64,000 bases of DNA, taken from Eledone cirrhosa (Eukaryota). Position numbers and translations under genes: made by a program. Of the stretch, positions 52,411 through 64,000 are shown piece after piece (position 1 is the stretch's first letter; each line of letters begins with the position of its first letter). The notes beneath the pieces were generated by a model. It worked only from the letters and a program-made list of their open reading frames with translations, searched no databases and was not told the DNA's origin. Location: assembly GCA_964016885.1 (NCBI GenBank), contig OZ024740.1, forward strand, positions 245,954,001 to 246,018,000, in the 5' to 3' direction.

Positions 52411-52476
52411 TATTTTATCTGAAGAAGGCATGCCATATTTTTAATATGGTATCCCTGAAATATGTATAATGAAATA
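52411..52476 (+). ncRNA. Type I hammerhead, canonical core
   Basis: TATTTTAT-CTGAAGA-AGGCATGCCATATTTTTAATATGGTATCCCT-GAAA-TATGTA-TA-ATGAAATA. Confidence 0.8.
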
Positions 52477-52603
52477 AATATGGTTTTATAAATATAGTTT
52501 CCATTTGTTTAATATCGTATATCTACTCCAAAACTTGTTGAGTGCTTTATATCAGTTATATAATATTTACTTGTTGTAACCCAACAATTTTAAATAAAAC
52601 TTT

Positions 52604-52674
<71 letters not shown>

Positions 52675-52680
<6 letters not shown>

Positions 52681-52987
52681 ACAGGGAGAAAGAGACGATT
52701 ATTAGGAAGAAAAATGTTTTTCCTTTTTTGTTTCTCTCTTTTTTCTGGGTTAGAAAATGATTAAAACCTAATGTTTTACTTTGGGTGTTTTATTTGTTAT
52801 TAAATATATAAATAGATAAATAAATGCCATTGTTAAATAAATAAATCAACTAATACCTTAACACTTCGCACAAAGTAAAACATTTCGTTTTAATCATTTT
52901 CTAACCCAGAAAAAAGAGAGAGAGATACAAAAAAGGAAAAAAAATATTTTTCTTCCTAAAAATCGTCTCTTTCTCCCTGTTTTCATA
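52675..52987. repeat. Fold-back/MITE-like element in (TA)n, ~110-bp arms
   Basis: 52675-52782 versus 52871-52987; no HHR core seen. Confidence 0.85.
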
Positions 52988-52997
52988 TATATATATA

Positions 52998-53370
52998 TTA
53001 GTGTATAGCGGTAGCTATGTTACTTCCGTAGGCGGTATGCCAAAATTAGCACTCGATATTCATCAGAGTAGAGTGTAGATATTATCAAGAAAAAGAAAAA
53101 TCAGTGATGCATCTGGATTAGTTTATTTCGTGTTACAAATGTTTCGCCGGCATGTAGCTCGAGTCATGGTCCTTGTATGGATCTGGCTGATTCTATCCAG
53201 TGATAAAATTTGCTCCGGACATAACAGCCGTGTCTGAAAGAACCCGCAGAAGTAGAATCAGCCAGATCCATACAAGGACCATGACTCGAGCTACATGCCG
53301 GCGAAACATTTGTAACACGAAATAAACTAAGTCCAGATGCATCACTGATTTTTCTTTTTCTTGATAATAT
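52998..53370. mobile_element. Mini fold-back of the 37-44 kb PLE family
   Basis: Arms 53079-53195 and 53253-53370, homologous to 44383-44577. Confidence 0.85.
53229..53319 (+). ncRNA. Hammerhead motif (CUGAAAGA family), independent diverged copy
   Basis: CGTGT-CTGAAAGA-ACCCGCAG...TGCCGGC-GAAA-CATTTG-TA-ACACG. Confidence 0.68.
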
Positions 53371-54065
53371 ATATATATATATATATATATGTTGACTGGA
53401 CACTTTCTTGTTCACAAGTGTTTTTAGGCCTCATATTATGTTACCATTATTTTTATATATATTTTTATGTGTATTTGGTGTATACGTTCGTATGTGTGCG
53501 GGTACAGGCGTTGCGTGGGTTTTGTATGTGTGTGCGGGTTTTTTTTAGTGTACGTGCTTGTATTTGTATACCTATGGCGTGTGTTTTTGCGTATGCTTGT
53601 GTATGTACGTATATGGATGCGTGTATGTATTTATTTAATTTCAATTACCTCTGTATTTTATTTACTTTATTCTTAATTCTGAAGCCAAGAATCATTCGGT
53701 TTCCTAGTTAGAATTTTAGTCTACGACTTCAGTTATACCATTTACGTGGTTTTGTCTTTGCGTGCAATTGTTCTCACACATTCACATAATGACGTATTAT
53801 CTTCGTTTTTTTCGTTCATTGCCAGAGAACGTCTCTATGAACCACCTAATAGAATATTAGTCTACGACTTCATTGATACCATAAACGTGGTTTTGTCTTT
53901 GCGTGTAATTGTTTTCACCGCTCCAAATAATTACGTATTATCTTCGTTTTTTCCCGTTCTTTGCCAGGGAACGTTTCCACGAACCAAAGTAACGTCTTCC
54001 TGTCTTCCTCCGGTTGCAACGTTTTTTTGAAATATTTACTTCTGCGTTCACAGATTGACTTTTTT

Positions 54066-54116
54066 AGTTTCAGAAGATCCCGTTAAGGGTGAAAGCAGCG
54101 ATTCTTTGCTTAAACT
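54066..54116 (+). ncRNA. Hammerhead motif with CAGAAGA core (antisense copy at 50192-50242)
   Basis: AGTTT-CAGAAGA-TCCCGTTAAGGGT-GAAA-GCAGCGATTCTTTGC-TT-AAACT. Confidence 0.6.
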
Positions 54117-54202
54117 TTAATCTGTTATTTTAATATATATATATATGTTGACTGGACACTTTCTTGTTCACAAGGGTTTTTAGGCCTCATATCATGTTAC
54201 CT

Positions 54203-54272
54203 TATTTTATCTGATGAGAACACAATTTTTGTCCCAGGATGATGTTGTTTTCGAAATGCGCATAATAAAATA
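54203..54272 (+). ncRNA. Type I hammerhead, canonical core
   Basis: TATTTTAT-CTGATGA-GAACACAA...TTGTTTTC-GAAA-TGCGCA-TA-ATAAAATA: perfect 8-bp stem I, palindromic ATGCGCAT. Confidence 0.85.
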
Positions 54273-54349
54273 TATGGAACTTTTTTAACCACCTTTTAAT
54301 TTCTTCTTTATATATATATATACGTACATACACATACACACACACACAT

Positions 54350-54860
54350 AGCTGAAATTCTGGAGAAACAATACTGCTCTGTTTTCATTGATCTACACAA
54401 ACCTGAAGTTCCGACATCAACTTGCAACCTCTCTACTTTGGAGGAAATTACTAGATGCAGTTTGTATACAGGGACATTTTCTACTCCAGTCTATTGTCCT
54501 ACTTTTTGAAAGGTGGGAACAAGTAACTTGCAGTGAATTACTGACCGATCTGAAGTACCTTTCATATCATCAATTTATTTGAGATTGTGGTGAGATCAAA
54601 AATAACTCACTTCTTTGATTTCAACCAGTGGTGTTTCTGTGATGGCAAGGGCTGCTTAATACAGCTTCTGTACCACTTTGATAGCGTTCTAAATGCTGTG
54701 GGAGACAGCTACAACTTAGATGTAATATATCTTGACTTTAGCAAGGCCTTTGACAAAGTCAGTCACAGCACATTGTTGAAGAAACTATCCAACATTAGAA
54801 CCTGGAGGAAGCCACTACAATAGATAAACTGTTTCCCGGTAAACAGAACCCACTAACAGG
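54350..54860 (+). pseudogene. Decayed CR1-group RT fragment
   Basis: CLIQLL, DVIYLDFSKAFDKVSH. Confidence 0.75.
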
Positions 54861-56225
54861 TTCAAGAGATTAGTGCTTTTACTAAATATAAAAAATAAAA
54901 TAATAAAAAATTGTGTTATAAAAAAATAGATAGAATAATGCTTTATCCATGGTACATTTCTATGCCAACACATACTTTTCAGTATGGTAAGAGATTCACC
55001 GACTTAATGGTGCTTTAGAGGTGAAGACATACACAAATACACACATACACACAAACAACGAGTTTTCAGAATACCCATCTAACAAATTCACTCACAAAAC
55101 ATTGGTTGGGTTGAGACTATAGAAGACATATGCCCCTATTATGAACTACGCTATGTTAGAGCTACTGTTAATTAATCCTAACCAGTCAAGTTCACTCTAT
55201 ATATAAATGAGCATCTCCAACCTATGTTTATTATACAAGAACCATACATATCGGCTTTAGCTTATTGTTGTCTCAATACGGGGTGGGTAAATGTCACCGA
55301 TGAAGGATAAACATTCCATAAACAGCTATCTAGCATTCTCACCGGCACTGAGACAGCTGTGCCCTGATCACAGCTTAAATGATTCATAACAAGACTCTCG
55401 TATGTTAATTATACATAAACATATCGTATGTTCTTTCATATGTAGCGAAAGAAATGTTCCTGCGGTTCCTCTCACTCACTTGGCCAATAAAAATCGACCT
55501 TTGACCACACCTAGAGAAAAACACATGAAGAATCCGGATCCTAGGTTTAACGACGCCAAAGAAGAAGATAGCGGGAGGCCATAGGTCAATATAAATAGGC
55601 TGTCCTGAAATCAGGGGACAGAATTTTATATCACCAAAAGAAAACGTCACCTACTCTTGTCACTGGGCGAGGACTACTACCTTGCTGCTACGACTAACGA
55701 ACTACCTTCTGTTTCGGAAGTGGCGGCGCTCGAGGCTCGGGTGGAAAACAGGACGCGCAACCGAACGCTCCGATGGCTAAACTGCAGCTACAGCCATGCA
55801 GCAACACCAGCTCATCTCGATGCGTTTTCCATCAGCGCCCGTGAGACCTAAGTCGTACCCGGGCGATCGATCCCATATGCTATTACCACCGTAAATTCGG
55901 TGAAAGGGCCCGTAAATGCCTATTGCCCTGTTCTTTTAGGAGGGACTCCCGTTATGTCCCGGGAAACGACGTGGCCAGGAAGTAACAACGGTAACTACAT
56001 CTGGTTCTTCCATACCTAGCCGCTTGTTCCACATTAGCAACCGATCAACCGGTGTTCGTTTTCTGGTGGACACCGGAGGTTAGCGTTATACCATCATCGC
56101 TGGTGCCAGGAAGTAGGAAACCCACAGCAGTCCTTCTCAAGGCGGAGAACCATTCTGCTATACCCACATGTGGAGAAAAGTCCTTAACCCTTGATCTTGG
56201 GCTCCGCCAAGTTTTCCAGTGGGTT

Positions 56226-59200
56226 TTTAGTGAACTGGCCATAAGGTTATTTACTCTAGTAGATAACACTGTATGCCAATCACAAATTTAATAAGTGAAG
56301 GAACACAAGAATATGTAAGGAAAGCAGGAAGCAAGATGATGAGATGCAGACAGGAAATAATATATATAATAACAACGATAAGTCTTCTCAACAGTATGTG
56401 AAGGTAGTTTTTCTTTATTCGTGTGCTTGTGCGTGTGTAATGGTTAAATGGCATACCTGTGACTTGCTTTGTTAATCCTTGTCAGAAGGATTGGAATACA
56501 TCTGAGCTGAGCCTTATGGTATAGGTCTATAACAGGACACTGGGTTGTATGTACAATTTTTATTTACGAAGATTGAGCTGAGTAGAGCTGAATAACTGAC
56601 ATGCCAAGAGAGATGAAACAATGAATTAAGGAATTCAGGAGGCAGGTCTACTGGCGGAAATGTTGCCAGACTGTGGTTAAGTTGTTGTGTTACATGTTGG
56701 CTAGTGATTTCACGACGAAAGAAAGTTAGTTGTTTACCTTTTCACAGTCAGGAAGCGAGAGGCTGATTCTTCAAATCAACGCGGGAACTTTTCCTTCAGG
56801 GCGCGTAGAGATACATTCTCTTGTACTGGCGCTGATTGGCTGAGCTGAGCCAAATCACGCACAGAGAATGTATGTGAACCCGCGGAATGTAGGTCACTAC
56901 AATACTCCTCCTCTAGACGTAAGACGATACAGATTATTGAATCAGCAGAAAAAAATGCTGAAAGAGCACATCAGTGAAAAAAAAATTGAACAGAAGAATG
57001 CATGCAAGAAAAAAATGAGGCGCTAAGGGCCGTGTTGAGCCGCTGTATCAAATGACTAGCTGTTTTGTAGTTTATACGTGACCACCAAAGGTTTAACAGA
57101 AAACGGATAAAGTCTGACATGGGCGAAGTTGCTGTTCTTGCATTAAATGTTAATGGTAAGTGTTGTACCAGTAGCTGTGGATGAAGCTATTATGGTAGTT
57201 TACCAGTGCTGGCAAGAAGATGATGGGTAGGCGAGAAAATGTCGGCCTCCCAAATGTATTGCCGAAAGTGCTAGGCAGCCAGGAAAAAATGGCTGGTTGC
57301 TTTGAAAAGAAAAAAAGCAAGTTCAATCTATAGGTAGGTAGTAGTTGCAGTGTAAATTCCATAATTCTGGCGAATCCATAGAAGTGGTGACAGGTCCATT
57401 TGTTTTTCCGGTGAGTCGGGTAAAGTAACAAGATGGAGGTTGTTATGGACGATGAGTGTGCAACGAGATGCGAAACTGTTTGAGTTCAGCTGCAATTAGC
57501 ATTCTCGTGTTGCGGTGCAGGTGAATTAAGCTGCAAACTGTCGATAGCAAGTTTGGTGTCTCCACAAAGTGAGAAGGGATCTCGCAGAACTTTACGACGT
57601 TTGAATATCATACACTAAGAACAACATGTTGGTGTGTGCATATGCAGGCATGTAATACAGCAAAGAATGTGTGGGTGAAGTCATATATACAATGATAAAG
57701 AAAATGATACAGTCATATATACAATGTAATCAACTTAAAAGAAGAGGTCAAAGGAGCAAAGAAACGTGCTCGAACATAGTTATTAAAAAAAAAGTTCAAA
57801 TGTTCAAAATAAAGTTAACAGGTATGTAAGCACATGACAACAGGAAAGAGAGTGTGTCCCCAAGAGAATGTATGCAGGTGGTTTCTGGGGTGCGGTACAA
57901 CGTGAAATTCCCAACCTCCGAAGGCGGTGAGATTTTCTCAGAGGAAGAGTGCTGTAAAAATAAATTCTGTGTTTTGTTCTGCTGGTTTTGGTTGTTGATA
58001 AAGCAAAGATGAAGCTGTGTTGTTGTTGTCTCGCGGAGTGAGATAACTCTTTCAAAGTTGTTTCAATTCACAGTAAAAAGTTTCCCAGAAAAAATGAGTT
58101 GCACAAAGTGCTAGAAATAACAGCCAAAGTTGATGGTCGATGTTGAGAACGCGTTGACCTGGATGGGTCAAGAGGCCAGCGACCATAGAAATAAGCATTC
58201 TGAATAAATGTGCAGTTTTCAACGGCAAATTTACGTGGTAAATTTTTAAACCGGCAAATATGAGAATATAGCTTAAAGCTGGAGAATCCTTGGCAAGAAA
58301 CTTTATCTATGGCGTGTGTTATCTCAGTGAGTCGAGATGTGTGCTCCCACACACGTGCCGAAACAAGGTTAAAGTCAAGTTGAATAAAAAAAATATTTCT
58401 TTTGCGCGAGAAAATGACAGTGGAACAGGTCGTTGGCAGCCATTTTTAAAATTTGTGTGTGAACGTGACAATATGATGAAAAAGAAGGAAAGGCTATATT
58501 CACTTTGTATAACAAATATGGCGAGAGTTCAATTTTTTTGTGAAAGTGATGAAAAAGTAGCGAAAAGGGCTTAGTTGAACGAGTTAACGATCTGTGATGT
58601 TCATCAAAATTGACATGTTGAATATAAGAAAGAATACAGGAGTCCAAGTCTTTTTTTGAGTATTCGTTGTGAGAAGAACGAAGGAAATATCCAATGAGTG
58701 AAACACATTTAAACGATGTAAGCACGTGAGGTGAAGAGTAAAATTTGTTCTTGTTTATTTGCTGCTGAGAAAAAGATTACTTCGATTTTTCGTTGTAGAC
58801 AGTTTCGGAGAAAAATCCATGTGGAATGTTGTTAGAGGAATTTTTTTTTTTTTTTAAATACTGCGAATTAATTTTCTTTTTTTCATATTCACATAATACC
58901 AAATCCTATTATTTTTTTCTCGGGGTCACCAATTATAACAAGACACTGGGTTGTATGTACAATATTTATTTACGAAGATTGAGCTGAATAGCTGACATGC
59001 CAAGAGAAATGAAACAATGAATTAAGAAATTCAGGAGGCACGGTCTACTGGCGGAAATGTTGCCAGGCCGTGGTTAAGTTGTTGTGTTACATGTTGGCTA
59101 GTGATTTCACGACGAAAGAAAGTTAGTTGTTTACCTTTTCACAGTCAGGAAGCGAGAGGCTGATTCTTCAAATCAACGCGGGAACTTTTCCCTCAGGGCG

Positions 59201-59426
59201 CGTAGAGATACATTCTCGTGTACTGGCGCTGATTGGCTGAGCCGAGCCAAATCACGCACAGAGAATTATGTGAGCCCGCGGAATGTAAGTCACTACAGGT
59301 CCTCAGCAGATTTGTTTCAGGCGGCCAAAAGGTGAAAAGAGCGCCGGAACGCTCCTTTATATACTGGCCTCGGGGAAGTAACTCCAAATAGTCTGGTTCC
59401 CCGGAGAGATGGCGCTAGTCGCTACA
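56226..59426. mobile_element. Solo LTR (~430 bp) interrupted by a younger LTR element
   Basis: TTTAGTGA...TCGCTACA termini with TSD GGTT (56222-5, 59427-30). Removing it restores the QWVFVI frame. Confidence 0.75.
56528..59297 (-). mobile_element. Non-autonomous LTR retrotransposon (LTRs 56528-56901, 58934-59297)
   Basis: Direct ~370-bp LTRs, TSD GGTC, PBS TGGTGACCCCGA (58920-58931, complementary to the tRNA-Trp 3' end), PPT AGAGGAGGAGTA, no long ORF. Confidence 0.92.
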
Positions 59427-59483
59427 GGTTTTTGTCATCACCGAGTTGCCGACTCCGATCCTAGGAGCGGATTTCTTACACAG

Positions 59484-59824
59484 ACTGATTGATTCTTTAG
59501 GCGGGGTGGTCGTCGGTCATCCCGTCTAGTTGGTTATTGTTTACTCGCTGGCATATCATCAAACAAAAAAGAACATACCTCAAGATTATGTTACGTGAAC
59601 ATTTTAATTAAAGCAAATCATAATACTGGTTAACACATCAGTGCTTCAAGGTTGGGTAGTGGTTCATTATCGTATTATGCCACGACCGCATGGTGTGATG
59701 TCGCTGCGTGGTTAAACTGCACGGGGACTAGCACGTCTGTTGTCTACGAGCTGCCATGGTCAGAGTGTTGTCGTCTCAGCAACTGACGTCAGAACGTGAC
59801 GTCATAACTAAGGGCAGTTAATCG
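59484..59824. mobile_element. Unclassified ~340-bp insertion in the Gypsy protease region
   Basis: Interrupts ADFLH...GFTVD, with ACAG on both sides and weak terminal inverted similarity. Confidence 0.45.
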
Positions 59825-60136
59825 ACAGGCTTCACAGTCGACGCTAGATGGCGTGATCATCTACAATTCCACCACGGGCTTCAATGTTCGCGGTATCAGC
59901 ACTAAGGCACTCTCCCTCAGCCCAGTTTTTTTTAAACCCAGTGCAGTCCGGCAGGTACGACGCTATCCCGCGCAGGCAGTCTGACATCTCACGCCCGATT
60001 TTTAACAGTCAGCCCGTGACCCACAGTGTTACGCATCATATCGTGACTAAGAGCCCTCCGGTTTCTTCTAAACCACGGCGACTCGCTCCTGACAGCGCTA
60101 AGATCGCTAAAGCAGAGTTCCATCATATACTAGAAC

Positions 60137-60491
60137 TATAATGAAGAATGTAAGTCGTTAGATCAGAAGGCATTAAATAGACAAACTCCATTATAAGTAT
60201 GTACTTCATTTATTCTTGCTTCACACTGTGAAACTCATTTTGCCTGTATTTCCATGTGTGAGATACGACAGGATATGGCGTATCGAAGAATCGACGTGTT
60301 GACGATAGCAGATTTCTCTGGAGACTGGTCTTCTGTCTTACTTCCGTTCTCTGGTCTAAGTTGTCCAGTTACTTGTATTGCTACGCCGAAGGTTTTGATT
60401 GGCTCACACTTCAGCCAATTTACTTCCGTAACATTTTTCACCCGCCGAAGGAAAATACATTTAATTACAAAGGATCTATATTACTGCTACA
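60137..60491. mobile_element. Solo LTR
   Basis: TATAA...CTACA with TSD GAAC. Removing it restores the EL|GIVRPS frame. Confidence 0.82.
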
Positions 60492-61323
60492 GAACTGGGC
60501 ATTGTTCGTCCATCCAGTAGCAGTTGGTCTTCCCGCTTCACGTGATTCCCAAGACATCTGTGGGTGACTGGCCACCGTGTGGGGACTATCGATTTCTTAA
60601 AACACGCACAAAACCCGATAAGTATCCGGTGCCTCACATACAAGATTTCTCTGCTACCCTACACGGAGCTAGAGTCTTTTCGAAAATCGACCTCGTGCGG
60701 GCGTACAATCAGATTCCTATTGAAGCTGATAACATTCCGAAAACGGTCATTACAACTCCTTTCGGCTTCTTCGAGTTTCTTAGAATGCCATTCGGTTTAC
60801 GCAATGCTGCATCGATCTTCCAGCGTTTCATCGACATAGTAGTACGTGGTTTACTCTGCGTCTACGCGTATATTGATGATATGCTGGTAGCTAGCATATA
60901 CACCCCTATTAAATATGCGAACTTCTAAACTACAGCTATTATTGCGCCTACACTTATAAAAATGAAAACAAAATAAAGATAAATTTGCTATAACATAATA
61001 TATCACGCAATATGTGGCACAATTCAGTGTGTTGTCATTCATCATAACATATCACATATTACAATGCAATTCAAAATAAACCGAATGTGCAACTTGACCA
61101 TGTACTACCGTAATGTACCAAAGTTTGGTACAAACTATAACAATAAAACCTAACATATTGTATGATCCATATATATATATACATGTGTATAGATGGTCAT
61201 ATACATACTTTTAAAATTTATATACATATAATGATGCATATTGTATCATGTAAAAAATTATTTCCAGTTGCATAATCACCAAGAATCCACGAAACTCAGA
61301 GTAGCAACAAAAAATAATGTCAG

Positions 61324-61413
<90 letters not shown>

Positions 61414-62666
61414 AACACGGTAGTGTGCGTGAGCGTGTGTTTGTGAACGAGATATACAGGAAGGATTATGAGGTATTAATCAGTTAAAGTCTCGATTCTC
61501 AAAGCCTCCAGTGTGTTAATCCTCTTCATGATTATCAACGTATACAAAACTGCCTTATCTCAAATAATAAATGGCCCTGACTGAATAATACCTAAATATT
61601 ACGTATATCGATCTGTTTAATTGATCGTGACTGGATAATACGTAAATATGACGTCTGAGGAATTATTACTTAAAACTCCATAATAGCGTTAGTAAAATTA
61701 GATGCTTTGAAATGGGAAGGGTGATAACTCTTCGAATAATAAGGACTAAGTGCAATGCATTAGCAACTACGCAGTCGCTTGAACTACTTAAAAATTGCAG
61801 CCAGGTGTTCATCAATCCCACCTTATTATGTTTAAAAAGGAAACAGTTGTTTATGGTATACTTGCACACGGAGAAAATATAGGATGAAATATAGGATGAT
61901 AACGACTAAAATGTCTATACCTTTACTCGATTGGGCCTGACCTCGATCCAAACAACGACAATTAGGAGAAGCTGTGGGTATTTATTTACTCAGTTCTGAA
62001 CCCACTGTAAACCCTTTGCCTCTTATCCCTTTGGGTCAAGGCACCAGTGAAGTATTGAGTTCGGTTTCTATTCCTATATTAGTTTATAATTTAGACACAA
62101 GGGCTGCGATTTTGGTAGGAGTTAGTCTATTATATCGATCACAGTAATTTAACGATCCCAGGAGGACGAAAGGAAAAGTTGATCTTAACGAGATTGAACT
62201 CACCAGAAACAAATGCTGTAAAGCATTTTGTCCGAGGCTCTGTCGAAATCGTTAATCCCCCCCATATATATTCTCTTATAATGCAGCCAAGATTTGATTA
62301 GAATTATAATAGAAGAGACAAAAGACTTCGCGTCTGGGGAAGATAATATATGTACCAGTTAGTTTTCAGCCTTCCTTGAACCTAGAGGCTCATCAGGTCT
62401 GAGTTTATCCCGGTATTATGTGGTATTAAGCAACTGAGAGTACAAGATTCCTTCTTGGACAGAACATCCATCTGTTGCATGGTTAACTTTCAGATGCTGT
62501 TATAATTCATATGTTAGCTGAGTAAACTGGAACAACATGAAATGGAGTACTTTGAACACGAACATAACACATCTCCTAATCTAGAACCTTACAACCGAGA
62601 AATCAACGCTTGATCACTAAAACACACGCCGTCATGTACTAAGGTAGAACGAATCAACTATATACT

Positions 62667-63150
62667 TGTAGCGACGTGGTTAGTCAGTCTGGTCACTACT
62701 TCTGATCAGATTTGAGAATAGCCCTTAGAAGGACTGTTATCGCATACGGTCTGATCGGATCTGAAGATAGCCCTTAAAAGAACTGTTGTCACATACGGTA
62801 AGGATGAACAGATGAAAGCACAAGTTGAAAGGACGAGCAAGGCGAGAGATGTAGTTTCGATCAGCTATTTATTTTCACATGAAGCGACGATACAAGGTAC
62901 AAGGCGTGTGTGAGTGACAAGCGTGGCAGAGGCGAGGAACAACGATACGCGGGTTGACTCTGCCAAAATCGACTGGCGAAAGTGTTTGGAACCACTCTAT
63001 TTATACAGAAATAATCGTTTGATGTTTAGCTGCTGCGTAGGCGTTTTATTCTGGTGGATTTGAAGGGTTGTTTGTTTCACGGTGAGGTAGCTAGCTAAGC
63101 AGATAGATGGAGCTGTTTATTTCACAGATGTTATTTCCAGTGGCTGTACA
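62667..63150. mobile_element. Solo LTR
   Basis: TGTAG...GTACA with TSD TACT and an internal ~49-bp tandem duplication. Confidence 0.8.
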
Positions 63151-63189
63151 TACTCATGCTAGGTCTTACGCAATGTTCCCTCTAATTTG

Positions 63190-63840
63190 TATGCTTGCAC
63201 TTCTTTCACAAGCCACTCATGTACCACCAGATCACATATCTTAGAATTCTGCCAGGTGAACGAGAGCTAGATATAGTAGTTGCTTAACCTTTGATAGGTC
63301 AGTTTAATTTAACTCTTTTATTTCTCGAATTAGTTGTGTTAATACTCTTTCTGTCACTTTCACATCTCGAGCTATCAGTGTCATTCTCCAGTGGTTGTAC
63401 CTTTCTAAAGCATGACCTTTTCCCTTCTGACAATTACCGATCATACTATCATACCATGGCAGTCATTGGATATGGCAACATCCTATAATACCCGATTGAT
63501 TATACGAGTGACTGTCTCGACTCCTACTTCAGATGATTTCAGCATGTCACCGACTATCTGACAGTTCAGCTGCTTTACCATTTTCCATCTCCCTGATTGC
63601 TTCTTTGACCTTGTAACTGTTATCTTCGATAACCAGTCCCTCTGTTAAGTCAACTAGAGATAGTCCTTCTTCCTTCCACTCATGTTCTAAATTCATCAAC
63701 CTCTCATAGTAACGTTTCCAAATTTTTTTCTGAGCATCATTGAGGCTAAGTGCACCAGTATTATTCCAAACATGTCCCCCAACAACATCCTGGTTCACAC
63801 TGACACACTATTTTGCTATGCGAAACATTTCACGCTTCTT
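63190..63840 (-). pseudogene. Decayed RTE LINE fragment
   Basis: WKRYYERLMNLEHEW, VKEAIREMENGKAA; homologous to 17001-17830. Confidence 0.8.
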
Positions 63841-64000
63841 TGCGTGCTATGTAAATCTGTTGTCTATTGTTCTTTATTGCCCCCTTTTTCTGGGCTTCCT
63901 ATGCTCGTCTTTAACATTAATGTGCTGTTCCATCACCAGGTCACCCATCGTTTAGCTGGTACCTTGCTCCAGTCGCTGGGGTTGTCCCGTAGAAATTTCT

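Larger units (their letters stand above)
50552..52606 (+). mobile_element. Fold-back PLE derivative with ~415-bp arms; same family as 41414-41862
   Basis: 50552-50970 versus about 52106-52519, tail to 52606, both ends in (TA)n. Confidence 0.88.
50173..54135 (+). mobile_element. Inverted pLTR pair (~200 bp) enclosing nested insertions
   Basis: 50173-50369 is the reverse complement of 53936-54135. Confidence 0.75.
55400..60892 (+). mobile_element. Decayed Gypsy/Ty3 gag-pol split by nested insertions
   Basis: ICYYHRKFGERARKC (gag), FLVDTG...TLDLGLRQVFQWV|FVITELPTPILGADFL (protease), VTHHIVT..PRRLAPD..EL|[34 protein letters not shown]. Confidence 0.9.

Overview
This is AT-rich, microsatellite-laden animal DNA, not prokaryotic. 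The dominant tRNA-derived SINE resembles those I recall from octopods, so a coleoid cephalopod is inferred. The window is almost entirely nested transposable elements: CR1/L2-, RTE-, Tx1- and CRE-type LINEs, two SINE families, Gypsy remnants with nested solo LTRs, non-autonomous Helitron-like elements and a mariner MITE. The only host-gene signal is a probable first exon on the minus strand near 20.6 kb. The most striking structure is a dense population of Penelope-like elements (PLEs; RT plus C-terminal GIY-YIG). Each of the four PLE ORF remnants has a type I hammerhead-ribozyme (HHR) motif downstream on the same strand. Several non-coding fold-back (inverted pseudo-LTR) derivatives also carry HHR motifs and sit in (TA)n tracts. 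About ten sequence-unrelated HHR families are visible, most with a palindromic minimal stem III, and several with non-canonical cores (CUGAAAGA, CCGAUGA, CAGAAGA). A ~7.3 kb PLE with >2 kb inverted arms spans 37.2-44.6 kb. All folds and alignments were done by eye, and ribozyme activity is untested.
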